Assembly: GCF_001194135.2 (NCBI RefSeq)
Contig: NC_068989.1
Coordinates: 42,278,774-42,342,773, forward strand
From: Octopus bimaculoides
Taxonomy: Eukaryota
Direction of reading: 5' to 3'
DNA: 64,000 nt
Part shown: positions 37,179 through 50,010 of the stretch, one piece after another
How positions within the stretch are numbered: the stretch's first letter is position 1
Layout: every line of letters starts with the position of its first letter
Position numbers and translations under genes: made by a program
The notes under the pieces: generated by a model
What the model saw: only the letters and a program-made list of their open reading frames with translations
Database searches by the model: none
What the model was told of the DNA's origin: nothing

Positions 37179-38604
37179 TTTTAAGTTACATGGCTGGAAG
37201 TATCAAAATAAAACAATATCTAAGGCTTAAAAACAAAATTAAATATGAAGAATGGCAGATTAAAAATACTCTATTATTTTGTGATAAATCTTGAATACTT
37301 CTGTAAGGATATAATGTATTTCGGGTTGGCATGTTGGGTAACTATCTTCTATTAGAGCTCTGGGTCAACCAAAACCTTGTGGGTGGATTTGGTAGATGGA
37401 AACTAAAAGCTTGTTATGTACACATATATAGATTCATGCATACATACACATTCATATACATATGCACATACATATATACATGCACACACACACACACATA
37501 TATATATACATAAACACACACGTGTATTCACATATATATATATATAAGTTCAAAAAAGGAAAAAGACAAAAAAAACAACAATGTGAGGACGTGATACAGA
37601 TTGTGTTACTAGACACTCGGAAAAGGAAAGAAAGAGAATTTGACGTTTTGAGCGGAGCTCTTCGTCGAAACAAAGAAAGTCCAAAGATGGGAAAAAAGGA
37701 GGAATATATACATATATATGATTTGAACAGTCACTTTTCCATAATTGTATGGGTTGGATGAAGTTTATTGAGGCTGATATTCAACAAGCCAAATGCCCTT
37801 CCTGTCCCCCGACACGTTTGTGTGCATAAGGCATTGAGCTGGCAGAATTGTTAGCATGCCAGGCAAAATATTTAGCAGCATTTTGTCCATCCTTACATTC
37901 TGAGTTCAAATTCCACCAAGGTTGATTTTGCCTTTCGTCATTTTGGGGTCAATAAAATAAAAGCCAGTTGATCACTGGCGTTGATATAATCGACTTACTC
38001 CCTCACCCAAAATTACAGGCCTTGTGCTAAAATTTGAAACCAATGTGTGTATGTGTGTGTTTATAAGAGTAAGTTTGTATTTCCCTCATCTTCACATGTG
38101 TTTTACTAGTTGTACAATGACTTACTGATGGTGCCATTTGTTTTCCAGTTCTCTATGTAAAACATGTCTAGGTTGTTTGTCGTTCAATAGACTGAGAGAC
38201 TATTACTTCACTCAGAAACAAGTGTGGGGGGTGGAGTGGCAACATGAAGGACGTCTGACTTCTCCCCAATACACTTTCATGTGGTCCTTGTGAGCATGGA
38301 AAAGGTATTAAAATGATGTCAATAGGTTCAGCACAGGTCGACCTCATTCAAATTCACTTATGATGAAAGGAGTTCTTGTTATGACTACCTTGTGTTTTTT
38401 TCTAAATATTTTATATCTAGGAGCACATTGTACAATGCATCCTTGTTCTTATTTTTTTTTTTAAGATTAAAGAGTATAATTTGGTTGTAACTTTTGGCAG
38501 GGTGAGTGAGTATATAGAGTAGGAGTTCCTAATCTGGGGTGCCCACATCTTGTGAAGGTGCAAAGTGGTATTTTCAGGAGTTGTGACAAAGAGATGAGAC
38601 AAAT

Positions 38605-38915
38605 ATCATCATCATCATCATCATCGTCGTTTAACGTCCGCTTTCCATGCTAGCATGGGTTGGACGATTTGACTGAGGACTGGTGGGCCAGGAGACGACA
38701 CCAGGCTCCAGTCTGATTTGGCAGAGTTTCTACAGCTGGATGCCCTTCCTAATGCCAACCCCTCCAAGAGTGTAGTGGGTGTTTTACGTGCCACTGGCAC
38801 GAGGGCTACGCTTGAAATGGTGTATTTTACGTGCCACCTGCACAGGAGCCAGTCCATCGGCACTGGCAACGATCTCGCTCGAATGTCTTTTCACGTGCCA
38901 GGGAGGTGACGTTGG
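38605..38915 (-). mobile_element. RTE 3'UTR-derived repeat with (ATG)n tail (other copies 4150-4440, 8985-9290, 11465-11650, 13320-13490, 23495-23850, 27745-27900, 33230-33485, 40166-40601)
   Basis: Shared ggcgttaggaagggcatccagc...ccaacccatgctagcatggaaagcggacgttaaacgatgatg, homologous to the 3' end of the RTE at 15.4-17.1 kb. Confidence 0.8.
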
Positions 38916-40892
38916 TAAATATGTATTATAATAATTTCAAATTTTGGCACAAGGCCAGAAATTTCGGGAGAGTAGGTATATAAGTTGATAACATCGACCC
39001 CAGTAATTAACTGTTACTAATTTTATTGACCCTAAGGAGATGAAAGGCAAAGTCGACCTCGGCGGAATTTGAACTCAGAACTAAAAGATCGAATGAAATG
39101 CCACTAAGTATTTTGCTCAGCATGCTAACGATTCTGCCAGCTTGCCAACTTGGAAATATGTAACAGTCAATTCCTGTGGTGTAAACAAAGGGGACAGTAA
39201 AAGAGAGATTCAAGAGAAGGATACAACACCATACACCACAATATGCACACAAATATACAAACGCTACTGTCACACACAGACCCGAAAACAACAACAACAA
39301 CTGTGTGTATATATGTGTGAGAGAGTAGTGGGAGAAGCATAGGTATATATGTGGATGCCGTTAGCGTTTGTACATGTGAGAACTAAAGGCTTTTATGAAG
39401 AACTTGTTTATTCTCAAGTGAAATATATGTAAAATATTCCTTCTTGGTAGTATTCTTTTATTCTTTTGCTTGTTTCAGTCTTTAGAGTGTGGCCATGCTG
39501 GGACACTGCCTTAAAGAATTTTAGCCGAATGAATAAAACCCAGTACTTTTTTTAATATTTTTTGTTGAACTGCTAAGTTACAAAGATGTAAACACACCAA
39601 CACCAGTTGTCAAGCAATGGAGGACAAACACAGATGCAAACACCCCCACCCCACACATATATATATATACAACAAACTTCTTTCAGTTTCTTCCTACCAA
39701 ATCCACTCACAATGCTTTGTTCAGCCCGAGGCTATAGCAGAAGACGCTTGCTCAAGGTGGCATGCAGTGGGACTGCACCTAGTATCATGTAATTGGGAAT
39801 CAAGCTTCTTACCACACAGCCACAGTATTGTATCCATGTAATTCTTCAACCTACCAAATTATGTCTTCTCATTACTATGGCCTCACTTTCTGTCTCACCC
39901 TCTCGTCTGTTTACATAGTAGACATTGAAACTTTTATTGACCTCCTGCTATATATATATTCTTTTTTTATTTGTTTCTGTTGTTTGACTGTGGCCATACT
40001 GGGGGCACCGCCTTTAGTCGAACAAATTGACCCCAGAACTTATTCTTTGTAAGCCTGGTACTTATTCTATTGGTCTCTTTTGCCGAACCCCTAAGTTACA
40101 CCAACATCGGTTGTCAGGTGATGGTGGAGATGTCTACCAAATCCATTCACAAGGCTTTGGTTGGCGACACATGAATTCTTTCAAGCGAGATTGTTGCCGG
40201 TGCCCCTGGGCTGGCTCTTGTGCGGGTGACACATGAGGTTTTTGAGCGAGATCGTTGCCGGTGCCCCTGGACTGGCTCATGTGCGGGCTACACATGAATT
40301 CTTTCAAGCGAGATCGTTGCCAGTGCCCCTGGGCTGGCTCTTGTGCGGGTGACACATGAGGTTTTTTGAGCGAGATGAGCGTGGCCGTTGCCAGTACCGC
40401 CTGACTGGCCTTCGTGCGAGTGACACGTAAAAGCACCCACTACACTCTCTGAGTGGTTGGCGTTAGGAAGGGCATCCAGCTGTAGAAACTCTGCCAAATC
40501 AGATTGGAGCCTGGTGTAGCCATCTGGTTTTCACCAGTCCTCAGTCAAATCGTCCAACCCATGCTAGCACGGAAAGCGGACGTTAAACGACGACGACGAC
40601 GATATATATATATAAAAGAGATGACAAAAGAATAAATAATTATCTTATGAACTTCATTAGCTGACAGCTGTTTCCACTATAATATGTGGTGGACTTCTAG
40701 TTGACTGCTGGAGTAACAAATACATTTAAGCATGCATATATATGCTTAAATGTAATTGTTTTCCAAAATAAATTGCACATCATATTTGAAGCTCTGATGA
40801 AACTGGAAGGTGTTACTCAAGCACTTAACTATAAATCCATCACATCTATATTGAGTTCTACACCGGGTTATTAGTCTCACAATGCCTAATTG

Positions 40893-40930
<38 letters not shown>

Positions 40931-42614
40931 AAAGTTAGGGAATGAGTAGATGAAGTCCAGGCTACATATGTTTCATAAATAGCAGAACCTCGGCAGTAGT
41001 AATTACCCAAATGAAGGGTAATCTTCTAGCTACTCGTTAAGCCAAAGATACCTTAATCAAATGAAGTTTACGTTGTCATCAAGAGATCCCATGTTAACTC
41101 ACAGGAGATTCAGGGATGAGATACCGAAGGACGAACTCAGGATGCTGAACCTTTCAGATGAAATGACAAAGGACTGAGATACCCGGTCGGTGCCTTGCTG
41201 TACTCAAGAAGACTATGGAACCTGGGGTGGTCCCTGGCCTTGCCAGTTCCTGTCAAGCCATCCAACCCATGCCAGTATGGAAAATAGACATTAACAAGGT
41301 CTAAAATTTTGTGGGAGGAGGCTAGTTTATTACACTGACCCAGTGATCAACAGCTACTTGTTTTATTGATCTTTGGAGGATGAAAGGGTCAATAAAAGTC
41401 AGCTATGGAATTTGAACTCAGATTGTAAGCCAGTTGAAAAGCTTATTGTTGTGTGTGCTACTGATTCTGCCAGATTGCTGCCTTACAGTTATATATTAAA
41501 TGAATCTTCATTGGTTTTGATGATGAAAATTCAGTTGTTTGATTAAATGAGTCTATTGAATCATTGAATTAGAGTGTAAGTGGCTAAGTATTCCATAGAC
41601 ATGTGTACCCCTCATGTAGAATCTGCACATGACTAGGCTGGACTTTTGAATTACAAGTACAATCCATCTGACAAGCTTCTGTACAGTTTCCATTTACTCA
41701 ACTTCACACACACAGCTTGGATTGAATCAAGGCTGTAGTAAATGATCAAGATGCCATAAAGTACAATTGAAACAGGATCTTCATGATTAACCACTCCACC
41801 GTGCTGCATCCACACAGTTGGATAGACAGAACTGTTGAAGCTAAGTATCTTGATCATGGACACAATACAATGAACAATACTAGGCAGACTGCATTAGGTA
41901 TCTCCTGGGCAGACTGCTGACAGTGTGTCTTGGTCATAGACATAATACAGTGAACTGTGGTATCCACTTACAGCTTGGTGGACTGGGCTACTGACAGTTA
42001 AACGTTTTATTCAATGACACACTACAACGAACTGCACCATTCTATAGTACCTACTCAGAGCTAGGCAGACTGTTGACAGTTAAGTGTCTTCATCATAGAC
42101 GAAGTACAGTGAACTATAACACATTGTGGTATCAATTTGCTGTTAGATACAATTGAGCTAACTCTAGTACCTACATAGTTATTCATAGACACAATACATC
42201 GAACAATACCACACTGTGGTATCTACTTACAGCTCGGTGGACTGAACTTTTGAAGTCGACTGTTAAGTGTTATATATTGAACTATCACCACACTATGTTA
42301 CCTACTAACACTTAATGAAACTGGACCATCAAGAGTTAAATACATTCCCTAGACACAGAATGTGCTTGTAAATTATGAACCACAGATATCAGCTGGTTGT
42401 CCAGTAAGCGAACCTATTTACAAGACCAGTTACTACTGCTGTATGTTTTAGAACAATTATCTTATGTGATATATTTTGCTAATATTCTAGAAGAGCTTGT
42501 ATGCTACAAGAACCCAAATTTCTGATACTTATTAGGCGTAGGAAATGCCTACATACAAGTGCAAGTACATTATACGTAAACACCTTATAAATACATCCTG
42601 TACAGACACAAAGA

Positions 42615-42639
<25 letters not shown>

Positions 42640-42652
<13 letters not shown>

Positions 42653-43330
42653 CCGGTACGTAGCTTATAGTCGAATATTGTTTGTCTGGATTCCGTTTAC
42701 TTTCGGCGTTGAATTTTAGGTATCTAGGGGCACCAATTAATTGTTTGCATCTAATTCATATAGCTTTTTGACGTATCTTTACCGTTTAAATTGCACGACA
42801 ATTAACCAGTATTTAGAATGTCGTGTGTATACTTGTATATCCAAAGAGAAACTGTGGACGGGACTTGTATTAGTCCGAGTTTCGTTTAGTTGGACTCTAC
42901 AGTTGAATAGGTCACAGAGTACATATAAAAAACAAAACACAATAGACCTATTTTTATAATCACACAAATATGTGCGTAGATACACAGACACAAACATTAT
43001 GCAATAAACACACAAAACGTGTACGTATGTAAATACCTATTACGATATATACAATATCCTTTTACTCTCACTATGTGATTAGCTCTTCTATGAACTCAAA
43101 TCGAAAGATTGCCTCATAATGCATCGAGGACTACATCATTTCAAGTGTTCCTACTCTCAAGACGGTATGGTTGCAGAACATTTGACAGCTATTTCTAGCT
43201 GGCCGAGCTACTACTTAAAGGTTTCCCCTAGTCACGTTCATTTTAATTAAACAAACTCTCCGACTGGAGTTGGAACTCGTGTCTATGACATTCCGAGTGA
43301 CCGAATTATTGACTACCCAACAGATTTTAC
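42640..43330. promoter_or_regulatory. Candidate CSPP1 promoter/first-exon region
   Basis: Non-repetitive-looking, locally CpG-containing sequence 5.5 kb upstream of coding exon 1, which has its own splice acceptor. No TSS can be defined from sequence. Confidence 0.25.
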
Positions 43331-43763
43331 TAAACTTTGAGAATACAGTGTTTAAATGTTCTGCAGCCCAAAGACAGACAAGGAAATACTCTCAATTTGA
43401 AAAGAACCCTGCAAACAGCAGAACAGATAGAGAGAGAGAACCAGGTACTTAATATTACACATCGCCTTACATGGACTCCACCGGAGATTAAGTATATATA
43501 CAGAAATAATATATGCATACATTCTCACACACAATTGTAAAAGTTAGAGTTCAGCTGAAATTAATTTAAAGTCGCTAAATTAAAACAATTCATTAAAAAG
43601 CAGGGCGAAGTAACAGCATATGTAAATTAAGCGGAAAATTTCCAAGACATAGAGAAAAAAAGCGGGGTGGGAAGAAATAGCGGTAATTTAACAAAAGTAA
43701 ACTAAACAAAAAAGTGTTTGATTAATTAAAAAACAAGTGTCAGAATCTAATTGCTGCCTCTTG

Positions 43764-43815
<52 letters not shown>

Positions 43816-44939
43816 TGCATAAAACAAAGTTATTCAAATTAATATGTAGAAGTGACAATAATAATAATATTACTAATAATAACAGTCATGAATGAAAATA
43901 AGTTCAAGGAAAATAAATAGTTTCTATTTACGTTCTAAACGGTGTTACTAGTATTCACGCTGTTGTTTGTTTGGTTGTTAAGGGCATGTAGTGGTAGTAA
44001 TGCATTGCTAGTAAACACAGTAGTACCGCATTTAATCACGTCATTTATCTCCTCCCACACCTTGTTATATACGGGCTGTCGGAAACACCCGAAGATGATT
44101 GGTTGATATTTTGGCAATAATGTTTTTCAAATTTTAGGTATTTCGTATATCTGTGGGTTGAGAGGTGGATCCTATACTTTTCAAGAAGAATTATTCAATG
44201 GAAAACAAAATGAATAATTAGATTAAAAAATAGGTGAATCTGTTTGTTAACGCTATGAAAGCTACACACATCTCGTTAATTCTTATTGATATTAAGGGAT
44301 ACCTTAGAGTTTTAACACAGAAAGTAATAAAAAGTTATGAGGTAAGAACTACCGCGGTATGATGGGGACGGAGAGCACTAGACTAATAAAAAAAAAATGA
44401 GATGGTCTTGGTGGGAACACTTTTTAAAAGACTAGCATTTAGAAAAGAAGCATACGCCCGATGTCTCAAGCATTCAGCGTTATGAAATAGCAGCTACCTC
44501 ATCCCGTTTCAAACGGAAAATAAAAAGTAAAGTGTGTGAAGGAACTTATTTTATGTCATCGGCATAGACTGAATCTGTCGCCCCGTTTGAGTTTACCGTC
44601 TGGGTTTTTAGAGGAGTCCACATTTTAGTAAGCATTCAAGCCAGGTTTGGTTTTGATCATTTCATCCTTCCCTCTCATGAATTTCGGAGGCCTTGTATGG
44701 ATTAAGGCACTGCCTTCTCATGGCACTGGCTTTTCTCCTGACTAAAAGTTAAAAGTGAATAAGTTGTTAAATAAATAAAATAAAATAATCGCAACCCAAC
44801 AATAAACTTCAGTCCTAACCCTAACTTAATCCTTGAGACTTTGGTTCCGCGTAACTTCTGTAATAACGCATGTATATATGAAGATGAAGGAATAGGGGTG
44901 GGGAATCAACATATGGCATACCTACACAAGTGTACCCCA

Positions 44940-46105
44940 CCTGATTATATTTCTTCATAACTTTCAGGAAATGGATATTTTCTGACGAAATTTTCTACAA
45001 ATATTATTCAGGTGGTGTAGATACAAATTATATCAGAATTCAATGCGAAGATCTTTTCAGTATAGGGGAAGTGGGATTTCGGATAATACATCCGAGCCGG
45101 TTTTGTTACTTCATAACTTTCAGAAAAATAGGTATCTTTGACTCAAATTTTCTACAAATACACTTCAGCTGGTATAAATTACGATTATATCGGAAGATGA
45201 TGTAAAAATTGTTGAGCGAGCACACATGCATACTGACGTACATCATATGTCTATAAAATGAAACTTGAAACTTTGGAAAATATATTATGTATTTGTATGA
45301 ATGTTTGAGTGCCTACTATTTTTTTTTTTTTTTTTTTTTGTAATAAATTCCGATATAATCGTTATCTACAGCACAGATCAACTGTGCAGACATTTGTAAG
45401 TATGACCAATAAACTTATTTTCCATGTTAAAAAATATTCTGTTGCAATGCCGCATCACTGGGATATCCGAAAATCAGAACTCTCCGTTTCTAACCACAGT
45501 GATAAATGAACACTTCCAAACTTACTGAATCTAGTGAAAAATTTTTCGTAATGTTGACCAATGCTACAAATTTATTCAGATTTTATATATTTTTATTTTC
45601 AATTTAATTTCATACTTATTATTTCCTTATTTTGACTCTATCGTGTGTTAGTGTTTTAGACACAACTGTCTGAAATGCCGTGGGGCATCGATATATTCGC
45701 AACAAAACATATATTGTGATGAAAGCGAATAAAATAAAAGCATACAAAAAGCGAAATAAGTTTCATATTGTGCCAAAGGAGATGTATAACGGGGTATATA
45801 TTTAGTTTGTTCATGTACCTACAATATACCACCACTCAATTGTTAATTAAAAAAATATATATATACAAATGAAGACATGAAAAAAGTAGCATGCGTGAAA
45901 AAATGCTTTAGAATATTTTTATCTTGAATTCTCTAAATCTAATTACTTTTTAATGAATCTATTTTAATTACTTTCGATTATAAACACACCAAGTAAATAA
46001 TAGCTCAACTTGATGGTTGCCAGAGGTAACCACTATGTAAACAATGACCAGTACTCTCTCTCCCCAATTCTCTCTCTTTTTCCCCCCGCCACATACACAC
46101 AGAAA

Positions 46106-46148
<43 letters not shown>

Positions 46149-49100
46149 CTCGTTTTCCCCTTCCTCTCGTTGTTGAAATTGTTTTGTTTATTTATTCTTT
46201 TTAATCGGAGACAATTTTAGATATCTTATTAAATTAATCATGCTCCATTTTCTCATTTAGTTTGTTAATTATTTCCTTTGCAACTCGTTTTCTCGTGATA
46301 AAATCTATTCCGTACAACACCACTTGAAAATAGTATGCGATGGAGTTTTAGAGTGTATATGTGGCTTAGCGGCAAGGGCCCGGAAACAGGGAGTGCAAAA
46401 GGAAAGACATCCTCCTGCCCCCACCATTTTTTTCAAATTTTTTTTTTTTTCCAAAAACCCACGTTTTCGGATACAGAGATTCCGGGAAATTGCCAAAAAT
46501 CGGACTTTTGAAATTTTTGGCCACCCCGTTACGCCTAATTCTTCATTTTTTACTTTTCCCCGTTAAACCTAACCCTAAAACCCCAACCCTAATTTTTTTC
46601 AGAATCATAATCTCCATATTTTTCCGCATATTTTGACAAAAAAAGAAAAAAATTGTGAAAAAAAATTTTACAAAAATTTTTGGAAATTTTTTTCAGAATC
46701 ATAATTTCCGTATTTTTCCGAAAACTTCATCGCCAAAACGAGCGAGTACATAAAAGTTTTTGGAATGATTTAAAGCATTACTTTTTTTTTTTATATATAT
46801 ATAATAATAGAAAATATTGTTATACTTGTGTTTGTTTTGATATTAAGATTTCAAGAAATCGGCCTTGTTTGTAAAAGAATTTGGACCTAAGTTTGCATCC
46901 CCTAAGCAAATTTCGTTACCAGGCGACTGGTTAGCAGTCGGCGAACAGAGTTCGCAGACTGGTTTCGAGTCATGACTGAGCCATGTTGGTACTTATAGTC
47001 AGACCTAAATTGCACTTATGCTCACATATTTAATATATGTGTGTGTATGCATGCATGTATATATATGTAAAATTCGTTGCTAAAGTTAGCATATTAAAAT
47101 TCCTTCACATACTGTGCGAACAGAAATGAGAATACAGACATTTCAGGATCCTGACACACAGAAGTAACATGCCAGGCGTACACAAGTGTAATTATTCACA
47201 CATGCCGACGTTTGTTTTCTCGTAATTTTGAGAAAGAAGACTAGTTTTTAATGAAATTTTCTACATTTGTATTTCAGATGAGGTAGATCCCAGTTATATC
47301 GGAATTTGTCATGAAAAATGTTTTCTTTATGAGGTGGGTAGGAATTTGGGAAAATTTACTTGAGACGGCTTTGTTTCTTCATAACTTGCAGAAAATTGGA
47401 TATTTTCTAATGAAATCTTCTACAAAGACCTTTCGGATGGTGAACATTAGGATTATTTCTGAATTTAATGTGGAAGAACAAAAAAAAAAAATGGTTAAAA
47501 CGTACCCACCTACATACTATATTTCATAAAATTAGCCACAAGGGATGTACATAGAGTAAAGGTGGCTGCGGGCTGGACAAAGACATTAATGTGATGAGGA
47601 TGATTACGAAAGGATGAATTAAAAATGAGAGGGGCACCGGCGCCCGCAGACTGATAACCCCTAGAAACGTACCCACATACATACTAACACACATCACATA
47701 TTGTGTACACACACACACACACACGCACACACACACACATATACACACACACACATACAATGGGTGCTGAAAAGTTCCTGACTTTAAGGGTATTGCGAAA
47801 AGCCTGATTGGAGGCCCAGCCTTCCGAATTCTTTTACAGGACTGAGAGAAACTGAAGAACCGCTGCAATAAGTGTGTGAATCTGAAACAGGAATATGTTG
47901 AGTCAAATCGTAACTGATCCTCCAGTATTTTCTTTTACCCAAAGCCAGGAACTTTTCAGCACCCCTCGTATATATATAAATACATACATACATACATACA
48001 TACATACATACATACATACAAAATGAGATTTGAAATTTAGAAAAGAAATTGTGATGTGTGTCAGTGTACACGTGTACATACTCATTTTTTCGCATTAAAT
48101 TCCGATATAATCGTACCCTAACCATCTGAAAGATATTTATATAAGATTTCATTAAAAAATACCGATTTTTCTGCAAGTTATGAGGAAATAAAGCCGAATT
48201 GTGGGATTTAAAAAAAAATCCCTTCTTTCCATCTTCAGAAAAACTTCGCAATAAATTTCAATATAAATGAAATTTACACAATCCGAAGCGCTTATGTAGA
48301 AAATTTGATTGAAAACTAGCAATTNNNNNNNNNNNNNNNNNNNNNNNNNNNNNNNNNNNNNNNNNNNNNNNNNNNNNNNNNNNNNNNNNNNNNNNNNNNN
48401 NNNNNNNNNNNNNNNNNNNNNNNNNNNNNNNNNNNNNNNNNNNNNNNNNNNNNNNNNNNNNNNNNNNNNNNNNNNNNNNNNNNNNNNNNNNNNNNNNNNN
48501 NNNNNNNNNNNNNNNNNNNNNNNNNNNNNNNNNNNNNNNNNNNNNNNNNNNNNNNNNNNNNNNNNNNNNNNNNNNNNNNNNNNNNNNNNNNNNNNNNNNN
48601 NNNNNNNNNNNNNNNNNNNNNNNNNNNNNNNNNNNNNNNNNNNNNNNNNNNNNNNNNNNNNNNNNNNNNNNNNNNNNNNNNNNNNNNNNNNNNNNNNNNN
48701 NNNNNNNNNNNNNNNNNNNNNNNNNNNNNNNNNNNNNNNNNNNNNNNNNNNNNNNNNNNNNNNNNNNNNNNNNNNNNNNNNNNNNNNNNNNNNNNNNNNN
48801 NNNNNNNNNNNNNNNNNNNNNNNNNNNNNNNNNNNNNNNNNNNNNNNNNNNNNNNNNNNNNNNNNNNNNNNNNNNNNNNNNNNNNNNNNNNNNNNNNNNN
48901 NNNNNNNNNNNNNNNNNNNNNNNNNNNNNNNNNNNNNNNNNNNNNNNNNNNNNNNNNNNNNNNNNNNNNNNNNNNNNNNNNNNNNNNNTGCTATCAGATT
49001 TCGAATCATAAAAATTCGAAAATCCGATGGCTTTTCCCGCAAAATATAATTAAAAATACATGCATACATTTAATCATGTTTTTTTCCGAATTTCCCATTG
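44940..49100. repeat. Dispersed ~100-160 bp unit family (44940-45210 +, 47200-47525 +, 48070-48324 -, 48990-49100 -)
   Basis: Recurrent ttcataactt..cagaaaa.t.g.tatttt.t.atgaaattttctacaaa....ttcag.tggt...attacgattatatcggaattt in both orientations. Confidence 0.7.
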
Positions 49101-49661
49101 TAACTTTAAACTCTCCTAAAAAATTTTCTAATTTAGCTTTAAATTTTACCATTGATAAAAAAAAATTGTTGAAACCGGTTTGTTATTTTAATAAAATCAA
49201 TGATAAAATTTAAAAACGACTAGATGTTTTGAGATGGAGGTGCATTTTGAAATCTCAATATAAATTCTCCTACATTCTTTCCTGCGTATGAATACATTTC
49301 TTCATTCCATACATGCATGCATACATATATACATGAAGACGATGATAATAGACTCATCCGTCGAAGACGACGTATGGGCGTTCAGTTTTTGCCAAACTAC
49401 CTACACAAATAATTTATTTATAATGATCAAATGTATTGCTGTACATTAGCTCACTCCCACTATCAAATCGACTTTACCCGAACCAGTGTACGGTATACCA
49501 CGCGTCAGGTGTCGAAGTGAACGTAGGGCAAGGTGAGATGAAGTATTTTGTACAATGCACCACTCAGCCTGGGAATTGAAACTTCGTGAGTGTAGCACCC
49601 TAACCATTAGGCCATGCATACAAACATACATACATGCATGCATACATACATACATACATAC

Positions 49662-49823
49662 ATTATTGGGGTCCTGAGATATGTAACACACTGCCTAAAT
49701 ACCAATCTTGAGAAATTAGGCTTCTGAAATCCAGAAAAGAGAAATCTAATTCGAAGACTACTGATCTAATCCATCACTGGAACTGTAAAAGTCTGCAAAA
49801 CTTTCCAGAAGTTTATCATTTAA
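49662..49823 (+). mobile_element. 3' end of an RLE-class (R2/R4-Dong/NeSL/Hero-like) non-LTR retrotransposon, copy 1
   Basis: Translates IIGVLRYVTHCLNTNLEKLGF*NPEKRNLIRRLLI*SITGTVKVCKTFQKFII*, the (P)IIIGALG...L..LG...GT.KI pattern of restriction-like endonuclease C-termini; directly preceded by (CATA)n. Confidence 0.65.
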
Positions 49824-50010
49824 ATGTATATGAGTATGCCTAGATATGCAACTACATGCATAAGAATACATACATAAAACAAAACATACAAATATGCATA
49901 CATATACACAGGTATGCCAGAAATAAATAGACAACTTTATAATCATTTAAATTTCTTTAAATCTACAATTATACATTTAAATTATTTATTAATTGTTATA
50001 ATGTGACTAA

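Noticed and set aside
28560-40440. CRISPR-like arrays (21-bp array at 28.6 kb, 61-bp array at 40.2 kb)
   Set aside because: The units are contiguous tandem repeats without unique spacers, there are no cas genes, and the context is eukaryotic.
44810-46590. Interstitial telomere
   Set aside because: Only 1-2 imperfect CCCTAA units embedded in dispersed repeats.
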